From assembly GCA_907165135.1 (NCBI GenBank), contig OU015569.1, positions 6,758,001 to 6,822,000 on the forward strand: a stretch of DNA of 64,000 nucleotides, in the 5' to 3' direction. Positions 1 through 17,324 of this stretch are shown one piece after another. The stretch is from Oikopleura dioica. Lineage: Eukaryota; Animalia; Chordata. The notes under the pieces are model-generated. The model was not told the DNA's origin. It worked only from the letters and a program-made list of their open reading frames with translations, and searched no databases. The stretch's first letter is position 1. Every line of letters starts with the position of its first letter. A program made the translations under genes and the position numbers.

Positions 1-457
1 AATCGCCCGAAAAACGCGCACCCTGCCGAAAAGTCGAAATTCAATTATCAAATAATATGAGAAGATCGCCATACTATCAGCTGGAATTATTGCATGAATG
101 GAGGTGAGATGAAATCAAAGTCGAATATTGATGACTATGTTAAATCCAGAAATTTCGTCAACTCATTTTCTAGACTTCAGCAATATCGTCGCAGTATCGT
201 TCAAACTAAACAAGACAACTCAAACTTAATTGAAGAGAAATTCGGCCAGAAGGTGGTAAGATTAGTTAACTTTAGTTAGAGAAACAAGTATTCGAGGTGG
301 ATGTAGAAATAACCTAGTTGGATCCCAAACTAATGATATCCCACCGATAAATCGCGACGCTGGCGCTAGAGCGTGTTTTTTACCCTCGAGCATGTGTCGC
401 TGGAAGTTTAGAAATTTCTTTGCATCAATATTTTAAGAAATCAGAAGAGTTCAAACG

Positions 458-930
458 ATGGAAACAATCTCACGGCCTTCAAGAAGAAATCGGAAACCTC
501 CAACAAGATTCATCGATGAGACCTTCGACTACTCAATGGCCAGGAGGAATCTGAAAGTGTCACAGCAATCAGAGAAGCGACGGCGGATTCAAAAGGCGGC
601 AAAAAAGAGAGAAGAGTTTGAAAGAAAACAGCATCTTCTTCGTGTAGAGAATGAAAGAAGAATCAGGGAGTTTTACAAGGGAGCAACAAGACGAAAACTG
701 GAACCCCATTCTCCTGCAGGAATGCTTGGTGATGAATCAGGCGACGAGCAAGCCATCAGTCCAGCTGACGCACGATCGGAACGGTTGAAAAGAGTCCGCC
801 GTAAGCTCCGATACAAAAGGTATTTTTGCTATTTTTCGGATGTTTATAATTCGTGATTTTAGTGAACTTGACATGAAAAGAAGACTCTTCAAGAGGATCG
901 ACGAAATATGCATTCAACTTGAAAAGATAA
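458..930 (+). CDS. Uncharacterised basic (Arg/Lys-rich) protein, probably spliced
   Basis: 132-codon ORF from ATG 458, with a probable GT donor near 820 and a short downstream exon. No recognisable domain. Confidence 0.3.
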
Positions 931-2318
931 GATTTTGAAAGGAAGAAACTTCAAAAATTACGGATATTTTTGTACACTGATTTTGTGGGACTTTAATAAA
1001 CTCAGAAAATAAAAAAAAACATATTGTTTAGTGTTGTATGATTTATTTGGGTTGGGCTATAATGTTAAAGCTATAATCTTAGGATTTATCCAAGGAAACA
1101 AACTTATAGATTAGTTCGACAAGGATAACTTAGTCGATAGGCTGTTTATAGAGGACGAATACAGTCGATTGTTATGACAGTTTAGCAGTGAGTACATAAC
1201 CATTTTGCTTTTATAATGGCGCAAAGATGTTGGAGTTTATGTCATAAACTTTATAAAGATTGTATGGGCTGCATTCAGGAGGTTTACTCGCCAAATTCTC
1301 AAGGATGAAGTGACATTCTTCCTCACATCGTCCTACTCTTCCACTTTGACTCCATCCTTGTTTCCACCATAATCAGAATGTTTTTTATTATCTGTAGTCT
1401 CTTCTTTGTTTTTTCGAGATGAGGAGCATGAGTTGTGCGAATAGCTCAGCGGGTTGCGGCTCACTTGCCCCCGAGTGTAAAAGCCAAAAAGGGCTCAATG
1501 AGCGGACAGCGACCATTCAAAATCCAACAAATTTTTAAAGATTATCCCTTGTTATAAGAGAGAACTTGACCGGATCTTTCTAAGCAGAGAAGACAGAACA
1601 GAATGCTCAGAGAAGCTTGGAGGACGCAAAGGTGCGCTACGCCTTACTGAAGTGTTTGTTATCATCTTTGTTATCAGTTATATTTTTACCATAATTTTGG
1701 CGCGTCCGCGATAAACGGCGAGAAGGTAACTCATAGAGTTACTTTAAAACTTCCACCAAGAATTCAGCATCGTTGACAATTAATCGATTGATAAACGTTA
1801 AACGTGCTAATGATCAGAGATATAATTTTTCCGATCTAACTGTTGCGAGAAGCACGTTTTTTACAAGAACTGAACAGAAGATCGAACTTTGAAAGTCGCG
1901 TCCTTTGTAACCCAATACAAATTATCTTCGACTTGTCTAAACAGAGCTCTTTCGTCGAACATAAATTCCGCTATTTGGTACATTCGTTTTCTCGGAGAAT
2001 GCCACTCTTGAATAGTGAGAATTTTATCTCAGGCAAAGAGTATCGAGGTCAACAAGGGTTGTAGATATTTTTGTTGTTCTTGATTATGTCCAAACGTAAG
2101 AAGCTTGCTTAGTGATGTTGCTATCTCGAACTAAGCCCCTGGTTCGCCTGGCTGGACCGATAAAATAATGGGAACATATTGTCCGCTTGCTATCTTTCTA
2201 TATTGCACCGGTTGCTTTCTTCTTTTTGATTCTTCGCGCCAGTCTCGCGTTTTTTTACTTCGGCCAGAGAAACACCGCTCGATATTCAAGAGAATTTTAT
2301 AGGAATGAATGAGAAACG

Positions 2319-7265
<4,947 letters not shown>

Positions 7266-7783
7266 TGCTGCCTCCTTGTAAAAATCAGTTTTTCTATCAT
7301 CGCACCGATTCCTTCTTGGAAGTATCATTCTTCCATTCTTTCAATGATAATGACTTATTTATAAAGCGTATATGACTCGTAGTAGAGACAAAAAGCTCCG
7401 AATAAGACCCCAAGAAGAAGCTCCCTCCGCTGACTTATCATATACAAGTTTCTCTATATATGTCCATATATAGTATATTAAAAATACTACCTATTCTAGT
7501 TCTTTCTTAAGCGTTCAAGTACATACAAAAACTAAAAAACACTTCAGACCTCACTTCAGTATATAATCAATTCAAGTTCTCGCTCCTCATTTTCCGTGTG
7601 TTATTTCTATTTCAATTGCACTCTGTTTATTCACAATGTACCCTTAGCTTTACTTCTTATTTGTAATTAAATGTTCTGTCGATTGCTGAAAAGTTCTTAT
7701 TATTCGCACTGTATCATCAATTAAGAAGAAAACAAAGAAAAAAAACATTCAAAAACAGTGTTTCAATCATTTAGTATTACTGT

Positions 7784-9777
7784 ATGTCGCAGTGGCTAAA
7801 AAACTTTCGATTTCGTTTTCGACCTGGTCTCGAGGATAAAATAACTGCGAATAAGCCAGGGGAATAGATCTTATAGGGACAATTGAAGGGGACATCATAT
7901 AAACAACAAATCTAAGCCCTAGAATAAGAAAACAAAAGTTCTTCCCGGTGTAGAAGCGGATGCATTCAAAGCAACACTTAAAAGAAAGGGATGGACTGAA
8001 AGTTTTTTCTGTCGAAAAGGCCTTGCATAGTGCGCTCTTTTTTCATCCCAAAGCTTGACAACTGGGTGAATATTTAACCTTTGCTGCGGAACAAAGCGAA
8101 GGGCAAAACAAAGAGACGTTTTTCGCGAAATTTGGTTTCGAACTTTCGATTGGGCCCTCGTCGATTGAGAACGCCGGGCGTGGGGTCTTTTTAGAAAAAG
8201 GAACAATCGATAAAGGGACGCTTGTTGCGCTCTATCCTGGGGTCGTGTATCGTGCTTCGGGGCCTTTGTGTGTGAAATACCTTAAAATTTCGCATTTGAT
8301 AGCATGACTAATAACAAACGTAAAAACTTATTCAAAGAGAAGTTACTTTTCACAACGAAACGCAAGACCCGATCTTTTTCCAATCACTGAATAACGATGT
8401 CATCCTTGAATGCATCGACAAAGTCCATATCGATGCCAAATTCAAAGGTCTCTCTTCAAGAATATTCAAAAGTTGCGAGAAGCGCGATCGCATTTTTCCA
8501 GGCACTTTTGTTCGAAATTTTTCATTGGCCAATTTTAATAAGGAATAGAAATTCCAAATCCTAACCCCCCATGTTTTTGTGCTCGTTAGAAAGAGCATAA
8601 AAAGTTACGTCAGAAAAAAATAGTTTTAGGGGCTGAGTCATCATTAATGACGTCATGGCGGCTGGTTGAAGTTCCAAAAGTCCCAAAAGTTGGGACCCCT
8701 CTCATTTTTTTTATAGAAATGGAAAATTTGAGTTCAATATATCAAAATGATCGCCTTGACCTACTCTAGGTGAAGAGCTATATATGAAAGATCCAACTCA
8801 AGAAAAAAAATTTTTTTTCGATTTTTTCAAAATTTTTTCCGAAAAATATAGCTCTTCACCTAGAGTAGGTCAAGGCGATCATTTTGATATATTGAACTCA
8901 AATTTTCCATTTCTAGAAAAAAAATGAGAGGGGACCCAACCTTTGGGCTTTCGGAACTTTAACCAGCCGCCATGACGTCATTTGTGATGACTCAGCCTCT
9001 AGAAATATTTTTTTCTGACGTAACTTTTTACGCTCTTTCCAACGATCATAAATAAATGGGAGGTAAGGATTTGGAATTTCTATTCCTTATTGAAATTGGC
9101 CATTTGCCAATTTACTTTAACGAGTATTTCTATCAGATAGATTGGCGTTTTAATTATCTTTTTCGAATTAACAAACTGGCGTTTCAAGTGCAGACACAAC
9201 TTGGCTTGACGCGAGCGTAGCTGGAGATGCATCGGGAAGTTTTCACTTCTTTAGTTGTCTAAACTTTAGACTCTAAACGTCCTAACACTGGGTGAAAACA
9301 AATTAGCTGCTTAATAGCCTGCTTAATTTGGGTCATTTGGTGAATAATCGCATATCAACGCTTCCTGCCAATGTTTCTTATATCGAGCTTGACATCGAGA
9401 AAGCGTCTCTAGAACTCGATCACTGGGATTCGGGTTACTTATTCGTAATTACTCATTTATATAGAAAATTAAGTGAATCACGACCATAGAAAAAAACCCT
9501 CGAAAAAGCCCTTTCTTCCTAACGTGCAATACTCCCCATCGCCGGAAATACGAGTTTGTGGGTTTCGGTACTAGAAAAAAATCAAAAAAAGTTTCTAGAA
9601 GTCTCTTCGGCATTTTATTTACTCGTCGTAGGTCTCATTTAGTTTTAACCCCGGTCCCTGAAACTCATAAGGTAATGATTTTAACCGCAACTCAAAATGA
9701 GACTGTACGCGATGGAGGACATTCAATCCCGCGCGGAGATACTTTCTGACTATCATACTGTCGTTGTGTTTTCCTGA
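7784..9777 (+). CDS. SETD9: SET domain-containing protein 9 homolog, multi-exon
   Basis: Exon translations MSQWLKNFRFRFRP, FGFELSIGPSSIENAGRGVFLEKG..VALYPGVVY, DPIFFQSLNNDVILECIDKVHID..RDR, GHLVNN..ANVSY, FLPNVQY and LYAMEDIQSRAEILSDYHT match SETD9 blocks in order. Several junctions are ambiguous. Confidence 0.82.
8527..9101. mobile_element. Non-autonomous foldback element / MITE, 575 bp, inside a SETD9 intron
   Basis: Arms 8527-8783 and 8846-9101 are near-identical inverted copies (terminal 36 bp match 35/36, beginning GGCCAATTT), with a 62-bp A/T spacer. ATT flanks both sides (8524-8526 and 9102-9104), consistent with a 3-bp target-site duplication. No ORF. Confidence 0.88.
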
Positions 9778-9799
9778 TTTTTGCGTTTACTGATCAGCA

Positions 9800-9817
9800 G
9801 CTTCTTTTCAGATAATG
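9800..9817 (+). other. Candidate trans-splice acceptor in the 37-bp SETD9-CFAP52 spacer
   Basis: CTTCTTTTCAG immediately precedes ATAATG, and there is no room for a promoter. Confidence 0.55.
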
Positions 9818-12187
9818 TCTGGCGAAGAACCTCAAACTGATCCATGTGAGGAGTGCCCTGCTCTTAATCTCCAAAGAATCGTTGGTTTCAACGGATCCGT
9901 CAAGAATGGTCTCCACCTTATTGAAGGTATCTTTTGAAATAACCTTGATGTTAGCAAAGTTCTTTGCTTAGGCAAGCTGACCGGCGACAAATCGCAGACG
10001 CCTTCGATGATGTTTCCTTTGGGAGCGTCGTGCATTATCGAGTCAATGGATCGAAACGTGAACAAGCAGCACTTCTTCCGTGGACACTCTAACCCCGTCT
10101 CCGCCATCGCCGTTTCTCCCTGTGGCAAGTTCCTCGCATCTGGCCAAGTGACACACATGGGCTACAAAGCAACCATCAACGTCTACACTCTTGTAGATCG
10201 ACAGCCTTATGCTACCTTTACGCTTCACAAGGTCAAAATCGAAGCCTTGGCATTTTCTTGCGACTCAAAGTTGCTCTATTCTCTTGGAGGACAAGATGAT
10301 GGCTCCGTCGTCGTTTGGGACATGGAACAGAAAAAGTCCATCTGCGCTAGCCCTTGTGCTCCCCAGACCGCCGGCTGCATTCGAGTCCTCGCAGCGTCCC
10401 ACCATGATCCTTTCTCCTTCATTACTGGTATTTGCTAGCAATTAGATTCGGTTAAAACTATATTCCTTAGCCGGTGACAAATCTATCCGCGTTTGGACCG
10501 CAGACCTCAAGAACAGAAAGCTAGTCCCAGAAGACTGCAACCTCGGCGTTCTGAAGCGAGACGTTCTCTCCGTTTCCATTGATCCCCAGGATAAATATCT
10601 TTATTGCGGTACTACTACGGGCGACGTCCTAAAGATCAACTTCGAGACAAAGCTTCTCGTCAACACCGGCCCCACCAAGAACCTTATTAGCTTAGGCATT
10701 GGCGTCGTCAAGGCAAGGCGATACTAAACGTGCTTGAGAAAAATTAACTCTCTTCAGGAACTGAACGGTAAATTGCTCATCGGCTCAGGAAATGGCGATA
10801 TTGCCGTGCTCGACTCGGAAAAGAACTACAGACGAATTTCCTCCAGCAGCCTTCCCAAAAACAATGCTGGTGGTATTACCTCACTCGTCATCAACGAAAA
10901 TCAAATCTTTGTCGGAACTAATGCCAATAACGTCTACAGAATTCCATTTTGCCGTGAGTTATTTTCTTTTGAATTGAAAGACTGACTCGTTTTTTAGCCA
11001 AAACTCTAACTATGCCTGGTGAGCCTGTTCTGCTCAAGACTTGTCATAAGAACGACGTCAACGATGTCGTCTTCCCGGCCAACCAGAACGAACTCTTCGC
11101 CACCGCTGGAGTCGGCGACGTCCGGATCTGGCAAACTGTAACTGGCAAGGAGCTCCGACGGATCGAGGTAAGCATAATCTTAGGACCTACAGGCAATTTA
11201 AAACACATGAGATTAAGGTGCCCAACATCACCTGCCATGCCTTGGCCTTTTCACCTGATGGTAACTCCCTGGTCACAGCTTGGTCCGATGGGCGGCTCCG
11301 AGCTTACTTGCCAGTTTCCGGCAAGTTGATATATGAGGTCCCTCACGCTCACCACTTGGAAGCGACTGCTCTCGCCATCACGAACTGCAACACGTAAGTT
11401 TTCTCTCTTCAAGTACTCTGCTAATGTTGATTAAGGACAATCATATCGGGAGGTTGTGAGGGTGCCATCCGAATCTGGCGAATCGATCTCTCCAATCCAG
11501 CCAAGCCCGTTGTCAGTCTAGAAGAAACAATGAAGGAACACAAATGCAAAGTCACCACCATCACGGTATTCCGTTAAGTATGAACCGGTCTTTAACGCTC
11601 CTTTTTTAGTTGAGCAAAAACAACAGAGAATGTGCTACTTCCTCAGAAGATGGAACTTGCATCATGTGGGATCTCGCAACTTACAAGAGGAGCCAAATGG
11701 TTATGGCAAATACTCTTTTCCAGGTAAGCTTCTGGCGTCCGTAAAACGCTCAACTAGCTCTTCAGTGTCTTGTTTACAACTACGAAGAAAACCAAATCGT
11801 AACGTCTGGCACCGACCGAAAGATTGCCTACTGGGAGACTTTGGATGGCTCGCCTATTCGAGAGCTCGAAGGAAGCATGTCCGGCGCCATTAATGGAATG
11901 GACATCACTCAGGACGGACATAAGTTCATCACTGGTGGCGACGATAAGGTAATGATAGATGATGTCCATTTTAGGAATTTTTGTTTTTTAGCTCGTGAAA
12001 GTGTGGGACTACGACAGTGGAAACGTCACCCATGTCGGCAGAGGTCACTCTGATCGAATTCTGAAGCTTAAACTCTCGCCTGACAACAAGGTAAAAACCA
12101 ACCAATCTTTTCATAAAACTTAATGTATCTTCTTAGCATCTCGTTTCTGTTTCCTGCGACGGCGCTATTGCAATTTGGCGACTATGA
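9815..12187 (+). CDS. CFAP52: Cilia- and flagella-associated protein 52 (WDR16), WD40 repeat protein
   Basis: LQRIVGFNGSVKNGL, FPLGASCII, GHSNPVSAIAVSPCGKFLASGQVTHMGYKA, CHKNDVNDVVFP and further WD repeats up to DGAIAIWRL*. Confidence 0.92.
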
Positions 12188-12379
12188 TTTCAGTAATCGA
12201 AAGAACTGCGCACTCTATTTTATTACTCTTCACTCTATTTTTATAATTCAATAAAGTTTATATTTTATATTTAACAAAACTCTTCTTTTTGTCCTTGATT
12301 TCATGTTCTCTATTGATTACGATTGGAGTTAGAAGCTCTTGAAGAAAGAGAAACGAAATTAGAATCTCTGGTTATAGAT

Positions 12380-14170
12380 ATGAAAAGGGCGCCGACTTCG
12401 ACCCTTACTCATGAGAATTGGAATCAGGAGGACGAGCCAGAAGAAGCGGGCACATTTCAAAGGTGATTAAATAATGATGTAGTTCTGGAAAAGTAACCTT
12501 AAAACCATAAGGGCGAGTAGTGAGCAGGTCAAACAGCGTGTGATCGCGAAGGCGCGTCGCAGACGGAACTTGAACACCTCTAGCAATCCCTCCAGTCAAG
12601 AGTCAAGTCAAGGGGAACAGAAATCTGCTTTTGCTGGATTCGGGGCTAAGCTCAAGCCAAAGGATTAGTATTGACTGATGCTCAAGAAGTTAATTAGAAG
12701 ACATAGAGTTTGTTTAGTTTCCATTAAAGCATTTGTTTCGAAAATATGCGTCCTCAATTCTTGCAAAGGAAGACTCCCCCGTTCCTTCGATCGCATCTCA
12801 AGATGCTTCTCAAGAGTCGAATAGCACTGAAAGTACAGAGAGCAATAAAGAAAACAAGAGCGAGAAAACGGCGGACAAAGAAATCCTCAAGCTCAACACA
12901 GCGTTTTTGAACAGCGTGAAAAAACACTTTGACGAAGAACCCATTTGCGACTTTAGTCCCATGTTTGAGGATTACAACGCTCACATGGCGAAAATTGACA
13001 AGGTAAAACCCACACTAATTTCATGGGCGAAAGACTTTATATGATGACTGTCAGTCATTGTTGGTAAAAATGACGAAAGTTTTAATAAGCTTTTCAGACT
13101 TATAAAACCGTCTGGAAAGAGCGAGGCTCGTCCACAATCGTCAACTCAGAAACAGAAGAAACTGAAGAGCCAACTACTGTTATCGAGAATAAACCAACAA
13201 ATAAGCTTATTTCCTCTGTTTCGAAAGATAACGACAATGGTTACTCGAGCGCACCGTCTAGTCAAGATAAGGAAAAAACTGAGCCCGAGGCACCAAAGTT
13301 CTCTTTCAAACCAAGCGATCCTGAAAAAGCAAAGAAATTTTCATTCGCCCCAACAGAGTCCAGTGACCCTCCAAAATTTTCCTTCAAAGTAAAATCCACA
13401 CTGTTAGCAATTTCTCATATTATTCTAGCCCTCGAATGGCTCTTCAGAAGCGCCGAAATTTTCTTTCAAATCGAGTGAGCCCGCTAAAAGCGACCCTGCG
13501 AAGCCTTCACTGTTCAATCTTGGCGGTACGTCAAAAACAGACAGTGGCGAAGCTAAACCAGCTTTCACTTTCAAATTCGGATCTGGTGCTTCGTCTCTTG
13601 CTGGTGGAGCCGCGCCTAGTTTCGGCTTTGGTGCGCCCCCATCATCAGTCGCCGCTCCTCCAGCGTCAACCGGTGGTGAAGGGGATGAGGAATACCAACC
13701 ACCTAAAGTAGAGGAGACTGAATTTGACGACGAGAAAGACTCCCTTTACACCAAAAAAGCAAAACTGTTCTATTCGAAGGACGGAAACTACAAAGAAATC
13801 GGTATGTTCTTGCACAACACATTTCCATTATTTATTCGATTCAATCCTTAGGGGTCGGCAAACTTTTTGTGAAGCCGCTGGACGGAAATAAAGGGCAGAT
13901 CCTGGTGAGAGCTGATAACACGCTTGGAAACATTTTGATGAACGTTGGAATACCTAAAAAGCCCGAGCCAAGCGCGGTTGGAAAGAACAATTGTCTACTT
14001 CCGGTATGTCAGCGTTTGTACGCTTATTTGCTCACTAGAATATCAAATAGCTCGTGCCGAACCCTCCGATCGACGGTGTTGATGGTGCTATTCCGATTCT
14101 CATCCGCGTTAAAACAGGAGAGGACCGTGATGAACTGATAGAAATAATCAAATCCCGCCAAAACGAATAA
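12380..14170 (+). CDS. NUP50: Nucleoporin NUP50 homolog
   Basis: N-terminus MKRAPTSTLTHENWNQEDEPEEAGTF..RVIAKARRR, FSF/FG-type repeats, and a C-terminal Ran-binding domain (KAKLFY..KEIGVGKL..QILVRADNTLGNILMN). Confidence 0.9.
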
Positions 14171-14730
14171 TTCTATTCAGAGATCTCTTAGCATAATTTT
14201 CCATCGCACTCATGTCTATCCGGCATTGTTCATTAGCTTAATTCAAATGCCACCGTATATTTGCTCCTTCTTCTGATGATGAACCATTTTTGTTACAAAC
14301 GAAGTTTTGATTGTTTTTGTTATTATTTCCTGACCTCGCAGACTTTTCTTGTTGATCATCTGAATTTAGGCTAAATTCATAGATTGTATAAAACTAAGAA
14401 TAAACCTTGAAAAGTATAGAATAATTACTGTTTCAGATAGCCACTGCCAATTATGTTACTCTCAAATTTCGTTCGTGCTTCTACGCGAGTCACATTATTA
14501 CGTTCTCCGGCAAATTTGACCTTTCGAAATTCTCAAATTCGATCTCTAATGCTTTCACACACAAGGTGAGAGAATACAGCCCCGACTCGAGCATCAAACG
14601 AACCTCGCCATCCATGTATATCTTCCTATTAACAATTCATGTACTCGCTAAAATACCAAAAAATAATAGAAAGCATGCTCGTCTACTAACTTCGTGTCGA
14701 GTACGATTTTCATCTTATTCCCGCTTTAGA

Positions 14731-16914
14731 ATGGCTGACAAACCAGAAGCAGTCGCGAAAGCGGCGGAGATCACCGCCCAAGGCGAAAAGGTTCGAGAAT
14801 TGAAGACTGCCAAAGCGGAGAAGAATGATATTGACCAGGCCGTCAAGATCTTGCTTTCTCTCAAAGCTGAGTACAAAGAAATCGCTGGATGCGACTACGG
14901 GTAAGTCCTAAAGCGGTCGCAATTTGACTGCTTTTTGTTTTGTTTGTTGAAAAATTAATAAAGCCACTTCTTAGTCCACCAAAAAAGGAAAAGAAGCAAG
15001 TCGAGCAAAAAGTAAACTTGGAAAAACAGAAAGAAAAGGAGGCCAAAAAAGCAGCAAAGAAAGCTAAGGCAGCTGAGCTTCGGTAACTCTCGGTTCTTCT
15101 AAAACACCTGCATCATCGATTTAGAGCGAAAGAAAAGGCCGAGAAAGGGATCAAAGAAGATGCAAAGCCTCAGAAATCTACCGCAAAAGTTCAAGATGAT
15201 ACAGAAGAGAGCATAAAGAATTACGGCGATTATGGAGTTATCAACTCATCTGAAGTCATTGACAGAGATTTCGCTTCTGTTGGTTCTTTGGATGAAAAGA
15301 TGGACAAGAAATCCGTGTGGGTGCGCGCTCGAATTCATAACTCAAGAGCTCAAGGATCCGCCATGGTTTTCTTGACTCTGCGAGAAAGTCAATACACTTG
15401 CCAAGCTCTTCTCCTTGCTGATATCGAGAAGGTATAACCTGATTGGTGGCGATCATTCTATCATAGATATTCAGGGAGTGTCAAAGCAAATGTTAAAATA
15501 TGCAGCGTCGCTATCAAAAGAATCGATCATCGATATTCACGCTGACGTCGTAAAGAGCCCAACTAAAATTGAGAGCTGTTCTCAGAAAAATGTAGAACTC
15601 AAGGTCAAGAAACTCTTCGTCGTTTCAAAGTCCTTGCCGATCTTGCCCCTTCAAATCGAAGATGCCTCTCGGTTAGTTACACTAAAAATAACAACAAAAT
15701 CAGCAATTCATTAAGCCCAGAAAAGGCTGACGGGGAGCCAGATGACGGCCTCGTCCGAGTCAACCCTGATACTCGTTTGGACAATCGTGTTTTGGATCTT
15801 CGGACAACAACGAAGCATGCTATTTTCCGAATCCAAGCTGCAGTTTGCCGTCTCTTCCGAAATCATTTGTCCGAAAAAGGCTTCACGGAGATCCATACTC
15901 CAAAGATCATTTCTGCAGCTTCAGAGGGCGGTGCGAATGTTTTCACTCTTTCATACTTCAAGCGGTAAAAAAAGAAAACTTATTCTTGCTATATTTACCT
16001 CTACTAAGTGATGCTTTCCTTGCGCAGAGTCCACAGCTTTACAAGCAGATGGCAATCGCTGCCGATTTCGACAAAGTGTTCACTACCGGTGCTGTTTTCC
16101 GAGCTGAGGACTCCAATACTCATCGGCACTTGACGGAGTTCGTCGGCCTTGACATGGAAATGGCTTTCAAGTAAACCAATATATATTTACCTCGAGAATA
16201 ATCTTGACTTAGATATCATTACCACGAAGTTCTCCGAGAAATTGGCGATACTTTCATCGCCATCTTCAAAGGTCTTCGTGCGGAGTGTCAACGAGAAGTC
16301 GCGACTGTCAACGAGCAGTATCCGAGAGACGAGTTCGAGTTCCTTGAGCCTTCTCTTGTCCTTGAATTCCCGGAAGCTCTCAAGATGCTCCGAGAAAACG
16401 GCGTCGAAATCGGCGACGAGGATGATTTGAGGTATTCTAGGAAAGTGAAATTACAAATTAACGTTTCATACTAGCACTCCCGTTGAGAAGTTCCTCGGCA
16501 AGCTAGTCAAAGAAAAATACAATACTGATTTCTACATTTTGGACAAGTACCCACTCGCCGTGCGTCCTTTCTACACTATGCCTGATCCATCTGATCCTCG
16601 ATATTCCAACTCATACGACATGTTCATGAGAGGAGAGGAGATCTTGTCGGGCGCCCAACGTATTCACGATCCCGACCTTCTCATTGAAAGAGCACTTCAT
16701 CATGGAATCAACTTAAAAGTTTGTCCAACATTCTATTCCCATGAATATACTTTTTAAGCACATTGATGCTTACATCGAAGCCTTCAAATACGGTTGTCCT
16801 CCCCACGCTGGTGGTGGAATCGGTATGGAGCGAGTGACGATGCTCTACTTGGGTCTTCATAATATTCGAATGGCGTCGCTATTCCCCCGAGATCCCAAGC
16901 GATTGACTCCCTAG
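14731..16914 (+). CDS. DARS1: Cytoplasmic aspartyl-tRNA synthetase with N-terminal WHEP-TRS-like domain
   Basis: OB-fold [73 protein letters not shown] and [24 protein letters not shown]. Confidence 0.97.
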
Positions 16915-17324
16915 AAAAGATATTGAATGAAAAATCCTCGAATGCTAAAGGAAATCACCGCCAAAGTTCTGTTCCTGACTAAAAAACTGTACAGTAACAA
17001 TTTCTTTGTGCTACTTTTTTATTTGTTTGTGATATTTCCTTTTCCGGTGGCAACTAGTGGTAAATAACTATAAGTAATAAAACATAGGGATAAGTTATCT
17101 GTTGATTACTGAGATTGTGTTTAATATTCGGGCTAAAAGTGGTAAGTTAAAGCTACGCTTATTTTCCCTAAAAACGTGGGAATGTAAATGTTAGGGAGCG
17201 TTCTCACCAGGCGTATTTTCAATATTTCAACTAAATTGCTCAATCTTTCGATTTAACAAAAGCTCAACCACTCGAAATAAACAAATGTATAAATCTTAGT
17301 ACTTATCGTATCGTACTGAGAATC

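Noticed and set aside
9292-9331. Apparent GT-GG intron in SETD9
   Set aside because: A single canonical GT-AG intron 9217-9306 also restores the frame into GHLVNN, so a non-AG acceptor is unnecessary.
9235-9508. GG donors at 9235 and 9433 in SETD9
   Set aside because: In-phase GT donors exist at 9217 and 9445 (GTAATT), so the GG assignments are not needed.
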